A program made the translations under genes and the position numbers. From the NCBI GenBank assembly GCA_038087875.1, contig CM076002.1:124001-188000 (forward strand): a stretch of DNA of 64,000 nt, written 5' to 3'. Source of the DNA: Malacoraja senta. Taxonomy: Eukaryota. The notes beneath the pieces were generated by a model. It was not told where the DNA came from. It saw nothing but the letters and a program-made list of their open reading frames with translations, and did not search any database. Of the stretch, positions 1-12,388 are shown in pieces. Numbering within the stretch: position 1 is the first letter of the stretch; every line of letters begins with the position of its first letter.

Positions 1-1082
1 GGTAGAGTTGCTGCCGACTGATGAACCAGGTGAGAGAGCGAGAGAGGGGGTGGGAGAGTTGGGAGAGTTGGGAGAGAGAGGGTGGGATAGATGGAGTGAG
101 AGAGAGGAGTGGGAGGGAGAGTGGGAGATGGAGAGGGGGAGGGAGTGGGAGAGAGATAAAGAGAGAGAGAGAGAGGAGATGGAGAGAGGGAGAAAGAGAG
201 AGAGAATGCTGCAGGCTCATTAAGTAAGAAAGAGTATTGGTATTGGTTTATTTTGGTCACATGTTTTGTTCCCTCTTGTGTCGGACGATGTAGCTCTCTG
301 TTGGCTTCTGTCGTCCAACATGTTGACAGAATTGTCGCATGGCGTCGTCGCTTCCAGGGATCGCCACAAGGAGCCTTCTGTCGTGATGTATCAAGATAAC
401 TGCAAAATAATTTGCTCGTGTGCTATCCGGTTACAACATGCTGTCCTCAAATATAATTAGGTCATAAACAGGTTATGCAAACAGAATAATACCAGACTGC
501 AGAATATGGTCACAGAGTTAGACAGCACGGAAACAGGCCCTTCCTCCCAGCTCGGCCATGCTGACCAACGTGGCCCATCCTTGCTCCTTCCATTTGTTCG
601 TGTTTGGACCATTTCCCTGTAAACATCTCACGTCCACATACCTGTCCAAGTGTCGTTTAAATGTTGTTATAGTCCCTGCCTCAACTACCTCTGGCAGTTG
701 GTTCCATACACCCACCACCCTCTGTGTGAAAAAGTTACCGCTCAGTTTCCATCAAATCTATCGCCTCTAAAACCTACGTGATTCTTGATTCCCATACTCT
801 GGGTAAAAGGCTCTCATAATTTTATACACCTCTGCCAGATCACCCCTCATCCTCCTGCACTCCAAGATTTTACCTGTAAAGTCTAAAGAATAACGTTGCA
901 GCCGGCCCACCCTCTCCCTGTAGCTCAGGGTCCCGGGGGGGGGGGGGGAGGGGGTATTTGAGAACAGGAACCCCTTGGATTGGGAAGCCTCCTGTTGATG
1001 ACACTGTCCCTTTAAGAGTGGACTCGTCCTGGATTATGGCCAGCTCTGGCTGCTGACAGACATCTTGTCCCACACTGGGACC

Positions 1083-1260
1083 ATGGAGCTGTCTCTGCTG
1101 CTCTCCCCCCTCCTCTCTCTCGCGTCCCACCCCCTCTGGTCCCTGGTCTGCCTCCTCCTCGTCCTGGTGCTCAGGTCCCAGAGGAGAGGGCGCTGGCGGC
1201 CGGCGGATTGTCCTGTGGATCTGAGCGGCAAGACGGCCATCGTCACAGGAGCCAACACAG
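1083..1260 (+). CDS. Retinol dehydrogenase 11/12-like SDR, coding exon 1
   Basis: ACCATGG Kozak context. Hydrophobic N-terminal anchor (MELSLLL...VCLLLVLVL) then CPVDLSGKTAIVTGANT-G, the start of the TGxxxGxG Rossmann motif. Donor AG|GTAGGG at 1261, phase 1. Confidence 0.85.
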
Positions 1261-1477
1261 GTAGGGGCGGACACAGGAAGGTGGGACTACAAGGCAAGGC
1301 TGGGCTCAAACACACAACCTGATACTGTGTGGATTCATTACAGAGGTGGCTCATCAGCAGCTGTGTAGGACGTTGGCACGGCTGTGTAAGGAGGGGAGCG
1401 TGTAGTTCTGATCATCGCTGTACAAGGAGGCTGGCATTATGTTGGAAAGGGTGCAGGAGAGATTCACCACGATGTGA

Positions 1478-1640
1478 TTAGGGTCGGCACAGTGACGCAG
1501 CGGTAGAGTTGCTGCCTATACAGTGCCAGAGACCCTGATGTAAAGTTGTCCCTAGTGTGCAGGATCGTGCGAGTGCATGGAGTGATCGCTGGTCAGCATG
1601 GACTCGGTGGGCCGAAGGGCCTGTTTCCAAGCTGAATGCG
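1478..1640 (+). mobile_element. Internally deleted tRNA-derived V-SINE/HE1-like SINE
   Basis: GGCACAGTGACGCAGCGGTAGAGTTGCTGCC tRNA-like head and CR1-like 3' end (GGGCCGAAGGGCCTGTTTCC). Confidence 0.5.
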
Positions 1641-2450
1641 TAAAGTATGTATGACGTTACCTGGGCTTGCAGGCTTGAGTTAGAGTGTGGAGTGCAGGGT
1701 GGAGCTCTCAGCTCTGTCGAGCAACAGTCCACGGACAAAGTCCAATGTCCACAATGGGGAAGAGGTGACTCTGCCAGTTCACAGCTGCTTTAAATGTCCC
1801 CTGTAATCTGTCCCCTAAATCGAGAGTACACTGTCCTTTCACTCAGGAGTACATCTCTATACCTCCCCGGACACGTACCCTCAAACTCTGGAGTGGTGCA
1901 CAAAGTGCGGGAGGAATGGGTGACACCATCAAAGTGTGGCTCCCTGGGCTTGTGGGCTTGAGTTACAGGGAGACGCTGCATAGGCTGGGACTTTGTTCTC
2001 TGAAGCGTAGGAGGCTGAGGGGTGACCCTATTGAGGTGTACATGATCATGAGGGACATGGATAAAGTGAACACTCACAGTCTTTTCCCAGGGTAGAGGAT
2101 TCTAAAGCTAGAGGCCACAGGCTTAACGTGAGACGGGAGAAATTTAAAAGGGAACTCGGGGACAACCTTTTCACTCAGAGAGTGGTCCGTATGTGGAACG
2201 AACTGCCAGAGAAGCAGATACTATAGAAGTAAGCATGCAAGTTCAGCAGGCAGGGTAGAAAGCTAATGGCATGTTGGCCTTCATAGCAAGAGGATTTGAG
2301 TATAGGAGCAAAGAGGTCCTACTGCAGCTGTACAGGCTAGATGCAGGAAAAATGTTTCCGATGTTGGTGTCGAGAACCAGGGGGTCACAGTTTAAGAATA
2401 AAGGGCAGGGCATTGAGGACTGAGATGAGGAAAAACGTCTTCACCCAGAT

Positions 2451-3404
2451 CATGGGCGGAATTCCGGGCGGTGGGTGGGGGACAAACACACACGCCCCTC
2501 CCATGTTTTGAGAGGTGGGGGACAAACTCCCCCATATTTTGTAATCCGGATTTTGAAATTCGGTGAAAAGAAATCTATTAAAATCTCCGCTTTCCGAGAA
2601 ACAGTGGGGTGTCACTGTCAAGTGCTTGTTAAATGTCTCTATTAACATATTAACATCATGTTAACACGGTGTATCACCAATTGTGTTTTGACCTTCAAGT
2701 ATTACTGAAGGTATTCACGGAGAATTTCTTAACGCTGTCTGATGTGGGTACAATTACCATTTGAAATAATTAGATGTATTGGTGGATGGGAAAGATTGAA
2801 ACGGGTATCGGATTTTAACGGGTCAGGTCATTGAGAGCTCCGGTCGAATGGGTTTCCTGGCTACCTTGCAGGTAAGTCCCTCATTCAGGGTCACACGTTA
2901 TTTAGTATGTTTTCCCATCTCTCTCTCTCCCCTCCAAGGTTGGTTCTTCTGTTTGCCTTTATTTGCTTCAGTTTTATTTGTTTAAGTGTTATTTATCACA
3001 TTGTAGCTTTTGAAAGATTCAAGCGGGTATCACTTTCTAAGGACTGAATCGGCCCATTCGCGAGGCCTTTCATCGCCCGGCGCGGCCTAAAATCAAAGTG
3101 CTGCTTCGAGGCGATCGAGGCTCCTGATGTTGAAGCCCCCGCCGGATGATTTTAAGCCACGCCAGGCGATGAAAGGCCCCGCGTATGGGCCGATTCAAGC
3201 CACACGATTCAGGGCGGACGAAGCTGCTGTTGCTGGAGTTCGGAGTCGGTCACCAACCAGGTCAGCTCCCGTCCTGGGCCCACGTTACCGTCCACAGGGC
3301 CCACGGCCGAAGCCTTGCGCGTGTCTGTGTGCGCGGCCACCAAGAAAGCGTGCCCCCAAATTGTGTGTCCCCCCCCCCCCATGTTTTGATAGTGATTTTC
3401 GCCC
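2451..3404. mobile_element. Non-autonomous hAT-like DNA transposon inserted in a CR1 fragment
   Basis: CATGGGCGGAATT ... ATTTTCGCCC imperfect termini with subterminal CCCCATGTTTTG repeats. CR1 reads through both sides (TTCACCCAGA|GAGTTGTGAATC). Related copy near 35757. Confidence 0.45.
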
Positions 3405-3439
3405 GAGTTGTGAATCTGTAGAATTCTCTGCCACAGAAG

Positions 3440-4293
3440 AGATTAGAGATTAGAGATTAGAGATTCCTTTATTTGTCATTCAGACCTTTCGGTCTGAACG
3501 AAATTTCGTTGCCTGCAGTCATACATATAATAATAAATGACAAAACACACAATAAACACAAATTAACATCCACCACAGTGAGTTCACCAGGCACCTCCTC
3601 ACTGTGATGGAGGCAAAAGTCTTAAAGTCTCTGTCTCTTCCCGCTTTCTTCTCCCTCTGCGCTGAGGCGATCCAGGCTTCTGATGCTGTGGCCCCGCCGG
3701 GCGACGGTAAGCCAGTCCAGCGGCCGAATCCGTGCTCCGCGACGGGCCGGCTCAAACTCCGCGGCCCGGGGTGGTCGAAGCTGCCGAAGCTGCCGCCCTC
3801 CAGTCCAGCGGACGCAGCTGTAGTTGCGTGAGCCCCAGAAAAACAGGTCACCAACCTGTGACCTGCGCGCTCCCGACGATGTCGTCCACCGGGCCCGCGG
3901 CCGAGCCTCCGGATTCAGGTCGCCACCAGTGTCCTCGGTCGCCACCGCCGGAACGCCACCGCAGCCCCGAAGTTGGCCAGCCCCGCGCTGGTAAGTCCTG
4001 GCTCTGCCTCCGGAGCCTCGAGGTCGGTCGGTCGCTCGCAGTTGGAGTTGGAGGCCGGCAGCTCCGCCATTTTGGCCTCAGCGCAGACGGAGGCAGAGAA
4101 GGGGGACACGACAAGAAAGTCGCATTCCCCTGAAGGAAGAGACAAAAGTCATGTTTCACCCCCCCACCCCACACATACACAACCCAATAAACTAAAATGT
4201 ATCTGAAACAGGACAAAAGAAAACAACAAAAAAAGTAAAAAACAGACGGATTGCAGGCGAGCCGCTGCTGTACGATAGCGCCGCCACTTCTGG
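3440..4293 (-). mobile_element. Non-coding non-LTR retroposon with GC-rich body and (TCTCTAA)n tail
   Basis: On the minus strand it starts CAGAAGTGGCGGCG and ends with a hairpin, AATAAA and a tandem tail. It interrupts a CR1 fragment. Confidence 0.5.
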
Positions 4294-4974
4294 ACAGTGG
4301 AGGCCAAGTCCCTGGACGTATTCAAGAGAAAGTTAGATTTAGCTCTTAGGGCTAAGGGAATCAAGGGATATGGGGGAAAAGCGGGAATGGGATACTGATT
4401 TTCTCTGCCTACTCCTGCACCTATTTTCTCTGTTTCTATGACATTCTTGCTATTGAAGGAGTGCAGCATAGGTTCACCAGATTAATTCCTGGGATGGCGG
4501 GACTGACATATGATGAAAGAATGGGTCGACTGGGCTGGTATTCACTGGAATTTAGAAGGATGAGTGGGGATCTTATAGAAACGTATAACATTGTTAAAGG
4601 ATTGGACAGGTTAGATGCAGGAAATCTGCGGGAATCAAGAGACAACACCAGTGAGGAGTTCACAACTTGGTGAACCCAGATGGAAATGAATTTGGGTTGT
4701 ACACCATTTATGCGACCAACATCGATAAGCTTACAACCAGCCAAGGCAAGGACTTTCGAACTAAACTATTGATTAATGAACAGTTAATTGATATGTGTAT
4801 TGACACAGCAGCAGATTGTTCAGTCATGAGCAGAGACCTGTACGAAACAAAGTTCCCACAGATACCATTGTTTGATAGTAAGGTCAAGCTGAGAACCTAC
4901 TCCAGTGAAGTTTTGGAGACATGTGGACAAATGAACTGTAAAGCTCAGCATAATGGTCAGTCAGTAACACTGCC

Positions 4975-5407
4975 GGCTGAAGTCCAGGAGAAGCTTTCTC
5001 AGCCATGTCCAGTCCCTAATAGCATCCCGGGAAGAAACCAGACTCCAACTATGGACAAAAAGGCTTGAGGACGACCCCCCTCCTACTGACATGGGTATCC
5101 CTCCTTCTGAAGCCCTCCCTTTGGGCTCAGAAGCACCATGGGTCCAGTGGAAGACGCTCAACTGCCTGAGAACAGGAACAGGGCGATCAAAAGATGCCAT
5201 GGCCAGATGGGGCTATGAAACTGGCCAAACCACCTGTGAATGTGGAGAAGAGGACCACACAATGCAGCACTGCCTTGTCTGCCCCCTACTACCCAACCAG
5301 TGCAGCTCAAAGGATCTTGCAGTGTTCAATAAAAACGCAAAGGACTGTGTAAAGGAATGGGAAACTGTCATATAGCCAACCAGCTTCAAAGACACGAAAA
5401 GAAGAAG
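4975..5407 (+). mobile_element. 5'-truncated Vingi/Ingi-like LINE 3' end
   Basis: WKTLNCLRTGTGR...WG...CECGEEDHTMQHCLVCP CCHC C-terminus, (GAA)n tail, 12-bp TSD AGTAACACTGCC (4963-4974 / 5408-5419). Confidence 0.75.
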
Positions 5408-6317
5408 AGTAACACTGCCCATCATAGTGGCCAGCTACAGAAATAAACCAACCCTCCTTGGAAAGGATTGGCTAAGTAGAATAGAGTTAGACTGGAAGAA
5501 CATTTTCAGCGTTGATTTGTCCAAATCACATCTTGAAAATGTCATAAGCAAACATGCAGAAATATTTGCCGACAGTTACACGGGAATAACAGGGTACTCT
5601 GCACACATTCGACTTAAGCAAGATGTGAGACCTGTGTATTGTCGGCCAAGACCTGTACCATATGCACTAAAGCAATAAGTGGAGGAAGAACATGACAGGT
5701 TAGAACGGAATGGAGTACTCGTGAAGACAGACCGGAGTAACTGGGCAACGCAAATTGTGGCCGTACCTATGGCCGACAAAACAGTTCGACTATGTGGTGA
5801 CTACAAAGTCACAATCAACCAAGCCGTTGATGACGAACAATATCCGTTACCAACCTCGCAAGATCTGTACGCAGAACTTAGTCGTCACTAAACTGGATTT
5901 GTCTCACGCTTACGCCCAACTCAATGTCGACAAGGAAAGTCAGCAGTACTTGACTATTAACACACATAAGGGCTTGAATTCATATATAAAGCTGCCCTAT
6001 AATGTGAAATCCTCCCCGAAATGTTTTCAGTCTGTCATGGATCAAATATTACAAGGCATTCCACACTGTGTGTGCAACCAGGATGACCTACTGATATTCA
6101 CAGAGGGCATGGTGGAACATCTGGAAATCCTCGAGCAAGTTCTCACACGACTGAACTGCCACAATGTCAAACTGCGTCAAAGTAAATGTGCATTTGCACA
6201 GTCAGAGGTGGTCTACCTTGGACTCAAAGTAGATGCCAACAGACTTTGCCCTGTGAAGGCAAATGTTAAAACAATAGTGAATGCTATAAAACCCAACAAT
6301 GTGTCAGAGCTACGATC

Positions 6318-6540
6318 TTCTTCTTCTGTCGTGTGTCTTTTAGACCTGCAGCTCCGTTGAGGCGAACCTGGCCAACGTGTCATCGTCCAGGTCAATCAGA
6401 CCTCATTCACCATTCGGTGGCCGGTGTTTGGGGCAACTGGTGACTATGTGCTCTACTGTCTGTGTTGGGTACCCACACTCGCAGGAGGCGCTGTCCACGA
6501 GGCCCCACCTCTTCATCGCTACTCCATAGCGTCCGATGCC
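6318..6540 (-). mobile_element. 5'-truncated Vingi/Ingi-like LINE 3' end (second family)
   Basis: Minus strand GIGRYGVAMKRWG...CECGYPTQTVEHIVTSCP, (GAA)n tail, 11-bp TSD GAGCTACGATC (6307-6317 / 6541-6551). Confidence 0.75.
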
Positions 6541-7199
6541 GAGCTACGATCATTCCTTGGGATGGTGCAGTTCTATGCACGATTCCTTCCAGATTTAGCA
6601 TCTGTGCTAAAGCCACTACATCATCTGCTACAAAAAGATGTGAAATGGACGTGGGGAAAGGAACAGCAACGTGCACATGACATCTGCAAGGAAAACTTGA
6701 CAAGTGACAAACTTCTTGTTCACTACGAACTGCTGTAGATTTGGGAGCAACAGCAGCAGGAGATTAGCAAGAGATACGACTGATTGGCTCTAGCCCGAGT
6801 GGGAGGAGAGAAGTGAGTCAGAGGGGGGAAAACAGTTGAAAAGTAGAAGCCAAGCACAGGCAGACTTTACTCAGAACTGCTGTAGATTTGGGAGCAACAG
6901 CAGCAGGAGATTAGCAAGAGATACGACTGATTGGCTCTAGCCCGAGTGGGAGGAGAGAAGTGAGTCAGTGCCGGGAAAACAGTTGAAAACTGAGGAATTT
7001 GGTTTGTAAATTGGTAAATCAGGCAATTTATCCGTCAATTTAAGCAAGACGGCTCTTAGCGAGCGGAAGTGAGTGAGTGGCCTTGTGAGGGAAGTGCCCT
7101 GTGAGTAAAGTGTGAGTCTTTGGCTCGAGAGTCTTCGGCGAGGAGGCTGAGGAGAGGAGACCACGCAATACGCTTGAGAGGTAGAGACAAAAGAAGGAG

Positions 7200-8125
7200 A
7201 TGTCAGGCAAGCTGATTCAGTGCGATGCTTGCAGTATGTGGGAGGTCAAGGACACCGCTGGTGCCTCTGGCTGCTACAAATGCGAGAAGTGCATCCAGGT
7301 AGAGCTCCTGAAGGGCCGTGTTGGGGAACTGGAGAAGCAAGTGGATGACCTCCGGTTCGTCCGAGAAACGGAGTCGTTCCTCGACAAGTCCTACAGTACG
7401 ATTGTTACACCTAAGGTACTGGAAGAGAGAAGGTGGCAGACGGTGAGAAAGGGAGGGAAGCATGGAATGCCAACGTCCCCGGGTGTTGTACCTCTTGTGA
7501 ACAGGTTCACCCACTTAGAAGCTGTTGGGACAGAAGACGTGTTTACACTGAGCGGCGGACTGGCTTGCGATGCGAATAGGGCTGTTGAGCCAAAACCAAA
7601 AAGGCCTAAGGCAGGCAACGTCATTGTAGTTGGAGACTCCATTGTGAGAGGTATGGACAGGGGTTTCTGTGGCAACAGACGGGATGCGTGGATGGTGTGC
7701 TGCCTTCCTGGTGCCAGGATCCAGGATGTCACGGACAGAGTGCAGAAAATCCTCAAGGGCGAAGGTGAACAGCCGGAAGTGGTAGTGCATGTCGGCACAA
7801 ACGATGTCGGAAAGAAGGGGATGAATATTCTGCAGCGTGACTTTAGAGAGCTCGGAAAAATGCTGAAAAGCAGGACCTCCAGGGTTGTTATCTCCGGTTT
7901 GCTTCCAGTTCCTCGTGCTGGCGAGAGCAGGAACAGGGAGATACGGGACATGAACGTGCGGCTGAGGAACTGGTGCACGGGTCAGGGATTTAGATTCTTA
8001 GATCACTGGGATCTGTTTTGGGGTAAGGGGGAACTGTACAAAAGGGACGGATTGCATCTTAACAGGTGTGGGACCAGCATTCTGGCAGGCAGGTTTGCAC
8101 TGCTACACGGGTGGTTTTAAACTGA
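7200..8125 (+). CDS. CR1 ORF1p (zinc finger, coiled coil, SGNH esterase)
   Basis: CxxC...CxxC, VVGDS, GTND and DGLH motifs. Probable 1-nt deletion near the C-terminus (as assembled the ORF stops at 8120). Confidence 0.85.
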
Positions 8126-11100
8126 ATAAGGGGGGTGGGGTGTCGAATGGGATAGTGGAGGATGGAGTTAAAGGGAAAGGGTTTCTTAAATGTGTGAGCG
8201 TAGAGACAGAGGGGTGTAAAATGAGGGTAGAAGCAATAGGTAGCAAGGTGAAAAGTAAAAGTGGCAGGCAGACAAAACCAGGGCAAAAATCAAAAAGGGC
8301 CACTTTTCAACATAATTGTATAAGGGGTAAGAGTGTTGTAAAAACAAGCCTGAAGGCTTTGTGTCTCAATGCAAGGAGCATTCGTAATAAGGTGGATGAG
8401 TTGAATGTGCAGATAGCTATTAATGACTATGATATAGTTGGGATCACGGAGACATGGCTCCAGGGTGACCAAGGCTGGGAGCTGAACATCCAGGGATATT
8501 CAATATTCAGGAGGGATAGAGAGAAAGGAAAAGGAGGTGGGGTAGCGTTGCTGATTAGAGAGGAGATTAACGCAATGGAAAGGAAGGACATTAGGTTCGA
8601 GGATGTGAAATCGGTATGGGTAGAGCTGCGAAACACTAAGGGGCAGAAAACGCTGGTGGGTGTTGTGTACAGGCCACCTAACAGTAGTAGTGAAGTTGGA
8701 GATGGTATCAAACAGGAAATTAGAAAAGCGTGCGACAAAGGCAAAACAGTTATAATGGGTGACTTCAATCTACATATAGATTGGGTGAATCAAATTGGCA
8801 GGGGTGCTGAGGAAGAGGATTTCTTGGAATGTATGCGGGATAGTTATCTAAATCAACATGTAGAGGAACCAACGAGAGAGCAAGCTATTTTAGACTGGGT
8901 ATTGAGTAATGAGGAAGGGTTAGTTAGCAGTCTTGTTGTACGTGCCCGCTTGGGCAAGAGTGACCATAATATGGTTGAGTTCTTCATTAGGATGGAGAGT
9001 GACATTGTTAATTCAGAAACAATGGTTTTGAACTTAAAGAAAGGTAACTTTGAGGGTATGAGACGTGAATTGGCCAAGATTGACTGGCATTTAATTCTAA
9101 ATTAGTTTACGGTTGACGGTGGACATGCAATGGAAGACATTTAAAGTGCATGGATGAACTACAAAAATTGTTCATCCCAGTTTGGCAAAAGAATAAATCA
9201 GGGAAGGTAGTGCATCCGTGGATAACAAGGGAAATCAGGGATGGTATCAAAGCGAAGGATGATGCATACAAATTAGCCAGAAAAAGCAGCATACTGGGAG
9301 AAATTCAGAGACCAGCAGAGGAGGACAAAGGGCTTAATTAGGAAAGGAAAAATAGATTATGAAAGAAAACTGGCAGGGATCATAAAAACTGACTGCAAAA
9401 GTTTTTATAGATATGTAAAAAGAAAGAGATTAGTTAAAACAAATGTAGGTCCCTTGCAGTCAGAAACAGGTGAGTTGATCATGGGGGACAAGGATATGGC
9501 GGACCAATTGAATAACTACTTTGGTTCCGTCTTCACTAAGGAAGACATAAATAATCTGCCGGGAATAGCAGGGGACCGCGGGTCAAAGGAGTTGGAGGAA
9601 TTGAGTGAAATCCAGGTTAGTCGGGAAGTGGTTTTGGGTAAATTGAATGGATTAAAGGCCAATAAATCCCCAGGGCCAGATAGGCTGCATCCCAGAGTAC
9701 TTAAGGAAGTAGCTCCAGAAATAGTGGATGCATTAGTAATAATCTTTCAAAACTCTTTAGGTTCTGGAGTAGTTCCTGAGGATTGGCGGGTAGCAAACGT
9801 AACCCCACTTTTTAAGGAAGGAGAGAGAAAACGGGGAATTACAGACCAGTTAGTCTAACATCGGTAGTGGGGAAACTGCTAGAGTCAGTTATTAAAGAAG
9901 GGATAGCAGCACATTTGGAAAGTGGTGAAATCATTGGACAAAGTCAGCATGGATTTACGAAAGGTAAATCATGTCTGACGAATCTTATAGAATTTTTCGA
10001 GGATGTAACTAGTAGCGTGGATAGGGGAGAACCAGTGGATGTGGTGTATCTGGACTTCCAGAAGGCTTTCGACAAGGTCCCACATAAGAGATTAGTATAC
10101 AAACTTAAAGCACATGGCATTGGGGGTTCAGTATTGATGTGGATAGAGAACTGGCTGGCAAACAGGAAGCAAAGAGTAGGAGTAAACGGGTCCTTTTCAC
10201 AATGGCAGGCAGTGACTAGTGGGGTACCGCAAGGCTCAGTGCTGGGACCCCAGCTATTTACAATATATATTAATGATCTGGATGAGGGAATTGAAGGCAA
10301 TATCTCCAAGTTTGCGGATGACACTAAGCTGGGGGGCAGTGTTAGCTGTGAGGAGGATGCTAGGAGACTGCAAGGTGACTTGGATAGGCTGGGTGAGTGG
10401 GTACATGTTTGGCAGATGGTGTATAATGTGGATAAATGTGAGGTTATCCATTTTGGTGGCAAAAACAGGAAAGCAGACTATTATCTAAATGGTGGCCGAC
10501 TAGGAAAAGGGGAGATGCAGCGAGACCTGGGTGTCATGGTACACCAGTCATTGAAAGTAGGCATGCAGGTGCAGCAGGCAGTGAAGAAAGCAAATGGTAT
10601 GTTAGCTTTCATAGCAAAAGGATTTGAGTATAGGAGCAGGGAGGTTCTACTGCAGTTGTACAGGGTCTTGGTGAGACCACACCTGGAGTATTGCGTACAG
10701 TTTTGGTCTCCAAATCTGAGGAAGGACATTATTGCCATAGAGGGAGTGCAGAGAAGGTTCACCACACTGATTCCTGGGATGTCAGGACTGTCTTATGAAG
10801 AAAGACTGGATAGACTTGGTTTATACTCCCTAGAATTTAGGAGATTGAGAGGGGATCTTATAGAAACTTACAAAATTCTTAAGGGGTTGGACAGGCTAGA
10901 TGCAGGAAGATTGCTCCCGATGTTGGGGAAGTCCAGGACAAGGGGTCACAGCTTAAGGATAAGGGGGAAATCCTTTAAAACCGAGATGAGAAGAACTTTT
11001 TTCACACAGAGAGTGGTGAATCTCTGGAACTCTCTGCACAGAGGGTAGTCGAGGCCAGTTCATTGGCTATATTTAAGAGGGAGTTAGATGTGGCCCTTGT

Positions 11101-11149
11101 GGCTAAAGGGATCAGAGGGTATGGAGAGAAGGCAGGTACGGGATACTGA
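8116..11149 (+). pseudogene. CR1 ORF2 (APE endonuclease + reverse transcriptase), several frameshifts
   Basis: NARS, ITETW, GDFN, SDH endonuclease motifs; QHGF, DFQKAFD, GVPQGSVLGP, FADD RT motifs. Confidence 0.9.
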
Positions 11150-12388
11150 GTTGGATGATCAGCCATGATCATATTGAATGGCGGTGCAGGCTCGAAGGGC
11201 CGAATGGCCTACTCCTGCACCTAATTTCTATGTTTCTATGTTTCTATGTTTCTATACGACACGCGAGATGAAACTTGCTTGTGATGCTTCAAGTTATGGT
11301 ATAGGTGCAGTGATCTCCCACGTTAATGAATGACGGACAGGAAAAGCCTATTGCTTTTGCATCCCGCACCCTGTCACCGAGTGAACGCAACTATGCACAG
11401 GTAGAAAAGGAAGCACTCAGCATCGTGTTCGGAATCAAGAAATTCCATCAGTTTCTTCTCGGCAGACCATTCACCCTAGTGACTGATCACAAGCCACTAC
11501 TAATAATACTTGGTCCCAAGTCAGCTATACCTTCCATGGCGGCATCAAGGATGCAGCGCTGGGCAATTTTGCTGTCCCAGTATGACTACAAGGTGGAGTA
11601 CAGAAGCTCCAAGTGCAACGCAGTTGCAGATGCGTTGTCCCGGTTGCCCCATGAGAACTCTGACGTGGGAAGTGAGAACTCAATCTACACACTGCAAGTT
11701 GTAGATGAAGACTTTCCAGTGACTGCAACAGAAATTGCAGCAGAAACAAAGAAAGACAATGTGCTGAAGTGGGTCTATGAACAGATTGAACGGATGGACT
11801 GAAATCAATAGTGGATTGAACTCAGTTCTGAACTCAGAGCTGAAGCCTTTCCATAATCGACGCCATGAATTATCATGTGAGCAGGGATGCATTAAGTGGG
11901 GTTACAGAGTGGTTGTGCCAGAGTCTTTGAGAAACAAAATTATGAACAAACTTCATGCCGAACATCCTGGCATAGTAAGCATGGTCAATTGCCAGAAGTT
12001 TTATGTATTAGCCTGGTATTGACAGTGACATTGAGTCACTGGTGAGCTAATGTAGCGTCTGCCAAAATTGCCAGAGTAAACCACCAAAAACACCACTGCA
12101 ACCCTGGTCATGGCCAAGTAGACCTTTTCAGAGAGTTCATGTAGATTTTTGTGAAAAGGGTAATGATCACTTTCTGGTACTAGTAGATCGTCATTCCAAA
12201 TGGATTGAGGTTAAGCATATGGGGTCAAGCACTACTACTGAGCGTACCATAGATGAGTGGAGATCATTTTTGCATGCCATGGTTTACCGGAAGAACTTGT
12301 TTCTGATAACGGGCCTCAGTTTCGTTCAGAACGGCTCAAAGAGTTCATGCAACAGAATGGTGTAAAACAGACACTTGTTCCCCCATAC

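Larger units (their letters stand above)
6729..11255 (+). mobile_element. Near full-length CR1-clade LINE
   Basis: 5' UTR with 147-bp repeat, ORF1, APE-RT ORF2, (TTCTATGT)n tail. Short TSD TACGA splitting Gypsy LLVHY|D. Confidence 0.95.
4626..12388 (+). mobile_element. Degenerate Gypsy/Ty3 LTR-retrotransposon pol remnant (PR-RT-RH-IN) with three nested LINE insertions
   Basis: IDTAAD protease; RLCGDYK, LDLSHAY and QDD RT motifs; CDAS and EKEAL/TDHKPL RNase H; HPG, VDF, SDNGPQF and PPY integrase. Stops and frameshifts. Truncated by hAT at 12389. Confidence 0.9.

Noticed and set aside
8..460. Short ORFs at the window start
   Set aside because: GA-rich low-complexity sequence followed by a stretch with no recognisable motif.
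7600..8100. SGNH hydrolase as a host enzyme
   Set aside because: Known esterase domain of CR1 ORF1p.
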